Source: Mobula hypostoma (lineage: Eukaryota). Taken from it: a stretch of 64,000 bases of DNA. How positions within the stretch are numbered: the stretch's first letter is position 1; every line of letters starts with the position of its first letter. Shown here piece by piece: positions 11,064 through 23,109 of the stretch. Location: NCBI RefSeq assembly GCF_963921235.1, contig NC_086097.1, forward strand, positions 175,462,001 to 175,526,000. The letters are read 5' to 3'. The notes under the pieces were generated by a model. It ran no database searches and had not been told where the DNA came from. It worked only from the letters and a program-made list of their open reading frames with translations. Both the position numbers and the translations under genes were made by a program.

Positions 11064-11429
11064 CATAAATGCTGCTTAACTTGCTGAATTCCTCCAACAA
11101 TTTGTGTCTGTACATTTGTGGAAATTCACAAGAGTCTTCGGTAACAGGCCAAATTCTCTCAAACTCCTAATGAAATGTAGATACTGACATGCCTTCCTTG
11201 TAATTTCATCAGTATGTTGGGCCCAGGGTATGTCAACACCCAGGAGTTTGAAAGAACTACATGTATTTGACTATCTGTAGCTGTCACACTACATTCTGAA
11301 CACAGGAGATTCTACAGGTGCAGCACACACAAAAATGCTGGAGGAACTCAGCAAGTTGGGCATCATCTATGGAGGAGAATACAGCATTGACTTTTCAGAC
11401 TGAGAATGTTCATCAGGATTGGAAAGGAT

Positions 11430-12170
11430 CATCAGAAGAACAATCTAAGCCTGAATGTGGAGAAGACAAAGGAAATCATTGTGGACTTCAGGAAGGTGCA
11501 AATGATCCATCCCCTTTGGCGAATCTGTGGCTGCTCCATAGAGATAGTTAAGTGCACCAAGTTGCTGAGAGTTCACGTCACAGACGACCTCACCTGATCC
11601 CTTAAGATCACCTCCCTGAATAAGAAGTCACAGCAGTGCCTCCACTTCCTAAGAAGATTGAGGCAAGCAAGGCCCCCCACCCCATCTTAACTGCATTTTA
11701 CGGGAGCACCTGACAAGTTGCATCTCCATCAGGTAAGGGAGCAGTCGAGCATCGGACCAGAAGTTCCTACAAAGGACTGTGAGAGCAGCTGAGAGGATCA
11801 TAGGGGCCCTCCTACCACCATTGGGGACATTTATCAGGAGCACTGAGTAGACATCATTAAGGATCCCACCAATCCATCCGGCATCCTCTTTGTCTTTCTA
11901 CCATCAGGCAGGAGACTACCATACATAAAAACAAGAACGGTCAGGATGAGCAACAGTTTCTTCCCCCAGGCCATTAGGCTTCTGAACTCCCTGCCGCATC
12001 GCATTTGAAGTGCCACTGGTTAATCCGTTCTGTATCTTACAATATTTCATAATAATGCAATTTACATTGTAATTTATGTATGATTCATCTGTAGATTTTA
12101 TCCTTACCTTCATAAGTTATCGTGTTATGTGTACTACTGTGCTTTACACCTTGGTTCGGAGAAACGTTGT
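11430..12170 (+). mobile_element. Rex1/Babar-type LINE 3' fragment
   Basis: NNLSLNVEKTKEIIVDFRK motif, and LPSGRR...RTVRMSNSFFPQAIRLLN at the end. Confidence 0.75.
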
Positions 12171-12699
12171 CTAAGTTTTATATGCAAACAAGAGAAATTC
12201 TGCAGATGCTGGAAATCCAAGCAATACACACAAAATGCTAGAGGAACTCAGCAGGGCAGGCAGCATCTATAGAAAAGAGTAAACAGTCAATGCTTCAGGC
12301 TGAAACTTCTTCCCATAGGTGCTGCCTGGCCTGCTGAGTTCCTCCACCATTTTGTGTGTATTGCTCATCTCTATATACATTATATGGTTATATACATGGT
12401 TAAATGAAGATATGGTGAAATGAGAATAAACTTGACTGAACTTGACTTGAGTTGAAGGAGGCAGAAGTTAGAAGCCACAACCGAGTGGTTAAGGGGATAT
12501 GCCAGAAACACTACATTCTGAATTCTGAATTCCCTTTGTACTACATTGATGTGTAGAATTTTCTGTCTGGACGACATGCAAAAAGTTATCTCCGTATCTT
12601 GGTACAAACGACAATAATAAAATTCCAATTAAATGACAAGGCATAGAAAACTGCAGACCAGATGGTATGTACGGTCGTATATTGATGATAGCCAGAACC

Positions 12700-13500
12700 G
12701 AATGCCTTGTGGGCTGAATGGCCTATCACATAACGTCGGAGGTGGGGGGAATGCGCACGCGCACGGCCGATGGGCGGGGCTTGGTTGTCAATCGAGGGGT
12801 TGCGGACCCAACGTTGACACCGCCACGAGCAGGCGCGCAGTTTGGGGAGGGACGTTGGTGGGGTTGCAATGACGCTCGACGAAATCGTGACGTCTCCTTT
12901 TCTCCAAATGGCGCAAGGTGCTGCGCCTGCGCATTGGCGCTGCGACCGTTAAGCGTGAGGGAGAAGGGGCGGGGCCTCGACTGCCGGTCATGTGTTACAG
13001 CGGGGTCTGACGGGAAGGACAAGGGAAAGGGGGCTCAACATGGCGCTGCTCGGTTGGGGCCGGTCTTGAGGGAAGCGCAGGGGGGGCGGTGTCGTCGTCA
13101 GGGGCACATCGCCACGACTAGGCAGCGGTGATGGCTCAGTGCGTGCAGAGCGTCCAGGAGTTCATCCAGGACACCTTTGTGCCCATGGTGGCTGTGCTGT
13201 GCAGCGAGGCGGCCGAGAGGTCTACGCGGAAAAACAACCTGACGTTCGCCGAGCTGGTCAGGCCTTTCTGCCGCCTGACGTCCGAAGGTGGGTGTTGGGA
13301 GGTGAGGGAGATGCTGGCTGTAGTGTCACCCCACCCCCTCGCTGTCCCTTGGGCCTCCACCCAATCGCCTATGCCTCGGATTGGCCCTGTTGTTTCCCCC
13401 TCCTCGATCCTTCGGGATTGAGCGGGGGTAACTGTTGCCCCAACACTTACCTTTCCTGTGGGGCTAGAATTGAGTCGTCGCCCTGAATCCCCCTTCACGG
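12700..13500 (+). promoter_or_regulatory. CpG-island promoter and 5' region of TRAPPC8
   Basis: Only strongly CpG-rich unique segment in the window. NRF1-like TGCGCACGCGCA (12752-12763) and TGCGCCTGCGCA (12922-12933); GC boxes (12772-12780, 12966-12975); CRE-like TGACGTCT (12888-12895); YY1-like AAATGGCG (12906-12913). Confidence 0.8.
13131..13287 (+). CDS. TRAPPC8: Trafficking protein particle complex subunit 8, coding exon 1
   Basis: MAQCVQSVQEFIQDTFVPMVAVLCSEAAERSTRKNNLTFAELVRPFCRLTSE matches the TRAPPC8 N-terminus; 157 nt, donor GTGGGT at 13288 (phase 1). Confidence 0.96.
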
Positions 13501-14929
13501 GGGGGGGGGGAGGAGAGCTGGCTGTGTTGTGGCTGCTGCCCTAATGCGCCTCCTTTCCCGATTGGCCTTAATTTTCCCCATGGGTCTGGTGGCGGCTGTT
13601 GGTACCTCCGCCCCGTTCTCTGCTGAGTGGGACTGTCACCGCTTTTCAGTACAACATGCTTGTAAGCAAAAACTGCATACTTTGTGTAGCTTGGCTGCCA
13701 AGTTTGTTACAACGGTGAGAGCACTTCAGGAATAAATATGTTTATGAAGGTGAAGAGAAAGGGGCATTGGGCAAGTCTCACTGTTTTGTGAGAAGGTATA
13801 GTTTTGTAACTAAAGGGGTGTATTTGTGTAACTAATTTCTTTCAGGATTTCTCAAAATACTTGGTAGCTGGTAAATTGTGATCAGTTTTGTATTACCAGT
13901 AGCTCAGATGTGACATGTTTCCACAACAGTAGAGGCACAAAGATTCATCTATTAAATTATGTTGGTTGAATGATTGGTTTTGACCAGGATATTAGTGAGA
14001 ACTCTGCTACTTGAAATGGTGCAGTGGGATCTTTTGCATGCAGTCAAGGGGCCAGGGAAAGCATTCATCTCCTGCTTAAGGCATCCTGTTTGTTTCCACT
14101 GGAGTATCATCTTGGATTTTGTGCTTGATTTTCTCAAGTAAGAGTTGAAACCACCAATTTCTATTTAATGGAGATAATTGCTTCCCGCTGAGTCACAGCT
14201 GATATTAAGTTACAATGATCAGTTTTGAATGACTTGTTGTAGTTCTAAATTTTATTCATGTGATGCACGTGGTTTGAAATCAGTTTTCAAATTCTTCAGA
14301 GTTACTAAATGCTAGTTTAAGATACTGTCAAGTTATGTCTTTTAGGATTGTGGACTTACTACAAAACAGAAGGAACCTATTCAGCTTAAGCTGATGCAGG
14401 CTTCCTATAAAAGTGCCCAGGTTAGAACCTTTTCTAGCTCTTCCGTAACCGCACAATATCAGAATCAGGTTTATTGTAACTGACATTTGTCATGAAATTT
14501 GTTTAGTGGCGGCACACAGAACAAAAAAGCAATTCAAGGTGAAGTTGGAGACTCAATCAGATGCATGTCAGCTGTGGTATGGTTTGCATGCAAATACATT
14601 CTATAAGATGAACTCTAACATTAATGACGGTGAACTTTTATGTACATTTTAAAAGGGGATGAAACTAGACAGACAAATTCATTCAGCAGCTGTTGACCCT
14701 CTGATATCAATTTTGGAGGCCGACGTCAGAAATCCTTCAAGAGGATGAACCCCTGAGGCATCAGATCCCTGATAACTAGCAGGGCACTGAAAATTGTGCC
14801 AACCAGTTGGCAGCAGTGTTCAAGGACATCTTCAATCTCTTACTGCTGCAGTCAGAGGTTCCCACCTGAGTCTAAAGGATGACTCATATCAGTGCCAAGA
14901 AGGGCAGGATGAGCTGCCTCAACGATCAC

Positions 14930-15965
14930 ATGGCATTCTTAGAGGAAGTTACCAGGAAAGTGGATGAAGGCAAGGCAATAGATGTTGACTACATAGGCTT
15001 TAGCAAGGGACTTGACAAGGTCCAGCATGGGGGGGGTGGTGGTGTTGGTCAAGAAGATTCAGTTGCTTGGCATTTATGTAAATTGTGTTAGACATTGTCT
15101 TTGTGGGAGAAGCCAGAGAGTGGTAGTTGATGGTTGCTTCTGACTGGAGGCCTGTCACTAGTGGAGTGCTGCAGAGCTTGTTTGAAATCTGTATCAATGA
15201 ACTGGATGATAATGAAGTTAACTGGATCAGCAAGTTTGTGGATGACACCAGGTTTGAGGTTGTAGTGGACAGCAAGGAAGGCTATTGTAGCTTGTAGGAT
15301 CTATGGCAGATGGAATTTAATGCAGACAAGTGCAAGATATTGCACTTTGGTAGGACCATCTAGGGTAGGTCTTACACAGTGAACAGTAGGGCACTGAGGA
15401 GTGTGGTAGAACAAAGGGATCTGGGAATATGGGTCCATAATTCATTGAAAGTGGCATCAAAGGTAGGTGGGGTTGTAAAGAGAGCTTTTGGCACATAGGC
15501 TTTCATAAATCAATGTATTGAATACAGGAGATGGGCTGTTACGTTGAATTTGTATAAGACATTGGTGAGGGCTAATTTGGAGAACTGTGTCAATTTTGGT
15601 CACCTACCTACAGGAAAGATGTAAATAAGGTTGAGTACAGAGAAAATTTACAACAATGTTGTCAGGTCTGGAGGACCTGAGTTATAAAGAAAGATTGAAT
15701 AGGTTAGGATCTTATTCCTTGGAACGCAGAAGATTGAGAGGAGATGTGATAGAGACATACAAAATTGTGAGGGATGTAGACAGGGTATATGCAAACAGGC
15801 TTTTTTTCACAGGTTGGGTGGGACTGCAACCAGATGTCTTGGGTTAAAAGTGAAAAGTTTAAGGGGAACATGAGGGGAAACTTCACTCAGTGGGTTGCGA
15901 GAGAGTGGAACGAGCTGCTATCACAAGTTGTGAAATCAATTTCAATGTTTGAGAAGTTTGGATAG
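14930..15965 (+). mobile_element. Degenerate CR1 LINE (RT to 3' end)
   Basis: FLEEVTRKVDEGKAIDVDY..FSK..DKV and LSYKERLNRLG.YSLERRRLRGD motifs with many disablements. Confidence 0.85.
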
Positions 15966-17674
15966 GTGTATGGAGGGCCAAAGTCATGGTGCAGGTTGTG
16001 GGTGTAGGCAGCTCGTGGTTTCAGCATGGACTTCTCTATGACACCAACTGCGGTGTGTTTGGAGAGGTTGATCATGGCTGGAATTAACTCCTGCCTGAGC
16101 ACGGCCATGAACTTACTGCAGTTTATGTATGGCCTCAACAGGACAACAACAGTGCAATCTCATGACTCTCCACTTGGTTTTGGACCACTGGACAACAACA
16201 ATATCTACACCAGGCTACTTTTTATAACTCATCATTCAATGCCATCATATTCTCAGTACTAAACAACAATTTTTCCTTGTGAATTATCCAGCTTTTCTTT
16301 TTAAAAGCCACACTTGAATTAGTTTCCAGAATTTTGAAGATGTCCTTGAAGGTGGAGAGGATTGTGCTTTTGATGGAGTTAGCTGTGTCTGCAGCTTCTT
16401 TCAGTCCTGTGCATTGGAGCCCCTATATCACTTAGTGATGAAACCAGTCAGAATGCTCTTCATGGTACAGCCTAAGTGGGGAAGAGGAAGAAAGGATTCT
16501 GTAATATCAGAACTCTAATTGCTCAAAGTTGAGGTACAGTTTAGCAAAACCACCCACTGACGCAAAGGAAGAGCTAGGCTTTATTTCCAGGGAATGAGAT
16601 AAGCTATGGTAATTCTGTAATCAATGTGGCTTAAAGGACATTTGTGGAGTGTGTATATTATGTTTGGTATATTACGCAAAAGATAAAGGTGCTTATGTGG
16701 GTCCAGAAAAAGATTTGCAAGGATGAAGTCAGTAATGCAAGGGCATTTATAGCAGGAAAGGTTGAATAGACTGGATCTCTTTTCTCCTGAGAACTTTGAA
16801 ATGTGCCATAATGGAGTTCTTGACATGTTTCGCATTCTGGCAAAATTTATGGAATACTGCCTTAAGGTTGGTTTGATTGAACTCATCAACTACAATGAAG
16901 GCACTGTCAGGGTGGATAAATGGTTGCTTATTGATAACATGATGCAGTTGTGCTAATGTTAACATAGTGTGGGCCACTGTGACATAAACAACTGAATTCT
17001 CAGCAGATGGAAAGGCCTGCACTTCAGCATGAGATATTCTAAGTTGGGACAGCAGTATGACGGTTTGTGCACTAGGCATTGCTGACATGAATGCATAAGC
17101 CACTGCTGGAATATTGCATTGTGTTAGCCCGGTTGGTTATACGGCTTCTAACTGCATTGGGTACATTATGATCCAGCCAGGTTACAGTGAATATCATAAC
17201 ACAGCAGTTGAGGAAATTCTTTTGCATGAGAAGTCTCAGTCTGATTTCATCCATTTTATTAGCAGTTGATCAGGTGTTTGCAAAGAATACGCTCAGAAGT
17301 GGGGGCTTGAAAGGAGTAGCTGTTAGCTTGTGCAGATCCTGGCTGGCTTACCACGCTTCTGCTTCCCCTCATTGCATGGCTCCTGCTTGGGGCTGGTGTG
17401 TGGTTTTGTCCCAGTGTTATTTCTGATGGTATGTGTTCTGCGAGAGTGACCTGAGAGCTCTTAATACACTTGATGTTGATACTCAGAAGTTCTGTTGGTT
17501 CTATCGTAGACCATTTTCCTGATTCAGTTGGATCTTTGCAAGGATGATGCTTGGAAGCAGGGCTTGAAAGGAGTAAGTTTTGGCCTAGTGCAGATTCTGA
17601 TTTGATTGCCATGGTTCTGCTTCATCTGCAGCGTCTCCCAGCTGGGGCTGGTTATGGTGATCTCTGAAGGTATA

Positions 17675-18293
17675 ATCAGCGAGACCAAGGAGCTGATTAT
17701 AGACTTCAGGAGGAAACTGGAGTCCATGAGCCACTCCTTATTGGAGGATCAGAGATGAAGATGGTTAGAAGCTGTAAATTCGGAGGACTTGCCCTTGGCC
17801 CAACACGCAAGTACAATTACGAAGAAAGTACTTCTCACGTATTTGCGAAGTTTCAACATGCCACCTGAAACTTCGACAAACATATATAGATGTGTAGTGG
17901 ATGTTATATTGCCTGGCTGCATCACCACCTGGTATGGAAACAATGCCCTTGAATGGAAAATCCTACAAAAAGTAGTGGATATGGCCCAGTCCATCATGGG
18001 TTTAGCCCTCCCAACTATTGAGCACATCTACAAGAAATACTGTCGCAGGAAAACAGCATCCATCATCAGGGACCCCATCACCCTGGGCGTGCTCTCTTCT
18101 AGCTGCTGCCATCAGAAGAGGACCAATAGTCTCAGGACCCATACCACCAGAGTCAGGAACAGTTATTAGCCCTCAACCGTCAGGCTCATGAGCCAAAGGG
18201 GGTAACTGCACTCAACGTCACTTGCCCCATCACTGAAATGTTCCCACATCAATGGACTCAACTTTCAACGTCCCTTTATCTCATGGTCTCTAT

Positions 18294-18335
<42 letters not shown>

Positions 18336-18510
18336 TTATTTTTGTATTTTCACATTTTGTTGTTTTCTGCATTCTGGTTGAATGTCCTAGTTGGGCTGTC
18401 TTTCATTGATTTGGTTATTATTCTGTTGATTTGTTGAGTCTGGCCACAAAAACTGAATCTGTTGTATTTGGTGACGTATACACTTTGATAATGAGATTTA
18501 CTCTGAGCTT
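17675..18510 (+). mobile_element. Rex1/Babar LINE 3' fragment containing a (TA)n microsatellite (~18300-18331)
   Basis: TKELIIDFRR, YRCVVDVILPGCITTWYGN motifs. Confidence 0.75.
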
Positions 18511-19257
18511 TCGTGAGAGTGAGCTGAGAGCTCTAAAGACTCTTAGGACACTTTATTGATAGTCAGAACTTCCTTTTGCCTATAATGTAGGATTTGCAGT
18601 AGACCATTTGCTTGATTTGGGGACCTTGAAGTCGCTGCGACTATGCGCGGTGACATCTATCACCACCAACGCCACCTTGATAGTGGGGAAGGCTGAGCAG
18701 TGCCTGTATTATATTTAGAGAAAGCAAATCTGCCCCAAAAGCTGCTGGTAAACTTACCGATGTGTAATTGAGAGCATACTGACCTACTGCATGACAGTAT
18801 TGTACAATTTCTGCAACAAGATCGATCAAAAAGGACTATAGCGAGTGACCAGGACTGCACAGAACATCACTGGGAACTATCTACAACTCTCAATGTCTTT
18901 GGTGGGTTTTCCAACTCATGATGGAGTCATCCCACTGCAATAATCACCTTTTCAACCTCCTACCACCTGGCAGGATGTACAGAACATCTGCACTGCCATC
19001 CAGTCTGAAAAACGACTATTCCCAAGGCTGTCATGCAACTAAGCAATGCCTCCTCACCCTCCTATCATCTGTGGGTTCCATGGACAATCTATCAGCATAG
19101 TTCTTGATGCTAATTTCGTATTTCATCATTGCAACACTTCAATGAGTCAGCTACTGTTTCTTTTCAGAGTTTTAATTCAGTTGCAACTTGGATGTCATTC
19201 TAAATGACTCGGACATTATTTTTAAATGTAGTCATTGTGTTTTTTGTAACTGATAGT

Positions 19258-20172
19258 TCCTGTCAGATTGCCAGCAGATGGTAAGTGGGCTCCCTCACTT
19301 CTGCCCCCTGACCCTTAACAAAGGTGCTCCTCAGGGCTGTGTCCTAAGCCCCCTCCTTTTAGTCTGTATACCCATGACTCTGTTGCCACCCACAGCTCCA
19401 ATCTGCTAATTAAATTTGCTGAAGATACTATATTGATTGGCCTAATCTCAAACAATAACGAGGCAGCCTACAGAGAAGTCATCACCCTGACACAGTGGTG
19501 TCAAGAAAACAACCTCTCCTTCAATGTTGCAAAAACAAAGGAACTGGTTGTGGACTACAGGAGGAATGGAGACAGGCGAACCCCTATTGACATCAATGGA
19601 TCTGGGGTTGAGAGGAGGAACAGTTTTAAGTTCCTCAGCATCCACATCACCGAAGATCTCATATGGTCTGTACATACTGGCTATGTGGTAAAAAAGGCAC
19701 AGCAGTGCCTCTTTCACCTCAGACGGATGAAGGAAGATTGGTGTAGGCCCCTAAATCCTAAGAACTTTCTACAGGGGCACAATTGAGAGCATCCTGACTG
19801 GCTGTATCACTGCCTGGTATGGGAACTGTACTTCCCTCTATTCAGGACATTTACAAAGACAAGTGTGTAAAAAGGCCCTGAAGGATCATTGGGGACTCGT
19901 CATCCCAACCACAAACTATTCCAGCTGCTACAATCTGAGAAACAGTACCGCAACATAAAAGCCAGGACCAACAGGCTCCAGGACAGCTTCCACCAAACCA
20001 TCAGACTGATTTAATTCTTTCTGATACAATTGTATTTCTACGTTATATTGACTGTCCTGTTGTACATACTATTTATTATAAATTACTATAGATTGCACAT
20101 TTCGATGGAGATGTAAAAATCTTAACATTACTCCTCATGTATGTGAAGGATGTAAGTAATAAAGTCAATTCA
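19258..20172 (+). mobile_element. Rex1/Babar LINE (RT to 3' tail)
   Basis: GAPQGCVLSPLL, KFAEDT.LIGLISNNNEAAYRE, NVAKTKELVVDYRR; AATAAA and TTCAG-like tail. Confidence 0.85.
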
Positions 20173-22914
20173 GTTTTATTCAGTATGCTGTTTTTGCCCT
20201 GAATGCTGTACCACTGAAATCTACATTGTACTCAGCAATGACAAAGCTCTAACTAATCTAACTAACCTGTGGGTATGTGGGAGCAGCACTTAAATGTTGT
20301 TACCTATTCTGGCAACAATGACATACCCACTATGCTCGATAGAACAACACTGAACACTAAATAGAACACAAGAAGCAAACTAACAATAGCAAAACAAGCT
20401 TCTTTCCTCCCTCCCACCCATCCACACACATGAACGGGTCTTCAACTCCACGACAGGCCTCTAGATTTCAACCACTGGGCTTCGACTTCGGACTTCAGTT
20501 GACCTTCAAGCTTCAATCTTCAGTATTGACCCGCAGACTAGCTGATGATGGGACCTTGAACTTGGGTGCACCCACTGACTGGCCCTCATGCCTCCTGCTT
20601 GCACGGCTTTTGAGCCAGTAGCGAATGCCTGGACTTCATGTGGCCTTTGTCATGTGTCCATGTCTCTGGCTTTGGTGTGGAGAGAAGAGGAGACCTGGAC
20701 TGTAGATACTCTTTGTCTTAAAAAAAAGAAGCCAACAGTCTTGATGGAGTTTGCAGCTCGGTGCCAACTTGAGGGGAAAAAGATCCCCATTTTCATGGAA
20801 TTTTATTCTGAATCTGGAAAAAAGGGATACAGTTTCAGAATCTGTAATCTTTAATGTTTTTATTTGGTCACTGCATATATCTTTTCCTACTTTCTTCCGA
20901 TTTTTTTTATCACGCACTGTTTCTAATCCTGGTCACTTTTATAAAGCAAGTGCCTTCTATTCACTGTAGATTGTTTCATTAATCTTAAATTATTTCTTAA
21001 GATTCTTAAGTTTTTTTCATCTGTAGGAATCATTTTACATTTATTTCAGGTTATCCTGTTTATATTAAACACTGATATCAAATCTGCTATCAGCTGTCTT
21101 TTTTAAAAATTGTAGTTCCCAAATTCACCCATGAAGCTGTATAGCACATCTCTTGAATCATTATACTCCAGTCAAGGTTTGCCATAACCTGATGGGTATG
21201 TTTACAAATATAGCCCAGAATAGAGGCTTTATCAATGGTTCTAACTGCAGAATCCTTGAAGTACGTGTATGCAAATATTTTCAAATACTTGAATATAGTT
21301 GAGCTGTGATTCAGATCCTACTTAAAATGAGCCCAAATACGCAGAATAGGACTGAGGAGATTTCAGATGATTCAATCAACCAAGACTTTTTGCTGCCTTT
21401 CTGGGAAAATGGGTGCAGAAAAAAAATCCGTGACGATATTTCGTCGTGGAGCAAGAACAAGAAATGTTCTGTTCTGACAATTCACTATAACTCAACTATT
21501 TGTGATATTTCTGGGTCCTTACTGGATGCTGTATTTTTAATAATGAACACTGTTAGAATATTTTGGTCTCTTGAAATTATGAACAATGTTGGCCAAATGC
21601 TTAATTAGTTCTGTACAACATCATGAGCCAGATAGCCTGTTCCTGTCCTTCTGCTTACTTTAAATGCAAGCTTGATTAGTCCTTTCTGAATTTTATTCAA
21701 GAAAGAAAATTTGTGAAACACTTGACAGGTCAGATAGCATCTGTGGAAGGTTTTCCAACACATACCTTTTTCTCTTTTGGCAGATGCATTCTGATTTGCT
21801 ATATGTTTCCAGCACTTTTTCTTTCCATATTTGTAGGTTTTTTGATTTTCCTGTTTAAAATTTATTATTTTGCAATTTGTATTGAATTTTATTAGCTATG
21901 TGAACATGATTCTATTCAAAAAGACACGAGAGCCTCTGTTTTATAACAAATTCAAGACAGGTTATATTTCAAAGTTTGTGTCCAAAGTAAATTTATTATT
22001 AGTCCTTGTATCTTCCCTTGAGATTCATTTTCCGCCTGCATTTATGGGGAGAAAAAGAAATATGTTAGAATTTGAAAAAAGAACGTAAATGAAGACTGAC
22101 AATGTGAAAGAAAAATAATACTGAGAACAGAGTTGTAAAGAGTCATTGAAAGCAAATCTCTAAGTTGTAGAATGAGTTCAGAGTAGTGGTGAAAGAAGTG
22201 TTGTTGATTCTGTGTCGTACATCAGGAAATATGGAACAGAATCAGTAAATATCTGTAAGCCTGGGACCAGGGCATTGGTTTAGCAGAAGGTCTGGAAATT
22301 CAGGGCAATTAGAATGAAAGTATTCAAGTTTTTGATAGGGGAGATGAACTTTATGTTGATAGGATTTTGGTTAGCGGAAGATCCAGTATTAGAATAAAGT
22401 ACCTTGAGAGAGGTGAGACCTTTTCTCAAGACTGAGTTGTGTTTCAAATGTGCTACCTGAAAAGGTACTGATATTAAATTCTGTTTAGTATTCAAAGAAC
22501 AATAGCTACAAATCTTCTCTAGGTTATGAATACCTGATTTGCATGTACCCCAAATATAGAGCATTTTGGAGACCAGTATTATTGATTTGCCAGCTGATGC
22601 AGGGTTGCGGGCATCTCCTACCCTGAACTCGTAGTGGCTACATGTCCAACTTACGAGCTGTTTGGGTTACTTGAACAGAAGTTGCAAGGCACGAGGGTGA
22701 GAGCAGAATTAATTGGATAGAGCTTTCAAGAATTGAGTTGAATGAATGCCGTTCACAGATGTGGCAATCTCTTATAGGACTAGTAATGTATTTCAGTTAA
22801 CTATATAGCTTTATAATTGGTATTGACTGGAAAGAAGTCTTCACTGTAGTGCTGGCAATGAGACATGAGTAAGTCTGGATGATAATTTTTCTTTGCCTAT
22901 TTTTCTTCATCTAG

Positions 22915-23109
22915 TTCATATGCGAGATCCTAACAACCAGAGTCATGTTATTAAAAACCTGAGGATCAATGTCACCAGCATTGTCACTCAACCGCCGCAA
23001 CAGGCTACGATACGGAAGCTGTTAAGTGAGGTGGTTTCTGCTTGTCAGCCTGCAGAAGGATTGGTTGCTAATGTGATTACAGCAGGAGATTATGATCTTA
23101 ACATCAGTG
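22915..23109 (+). CDS. TRAPPC8: TRAPPC8 coding exon 2
   Basis: Acceptor TTCTTCATCTAG; (V)HMRDPNNQSHVIKNLRINVTSIVTQPPQQATIRKLLSEVVSACQPAEGLVANVITAGDYDLNIS; 195 nt, phase 1 to 1; donor GTAAGC at 23110. Confidence 0.96.

Noticed and set aside
12633..13498. Overlapping ORFs on both strands around the TRAPPC8 start
   Set aside because: These are expected from the high GC content of the CpG island; only 13131-13287 matches a known protein.
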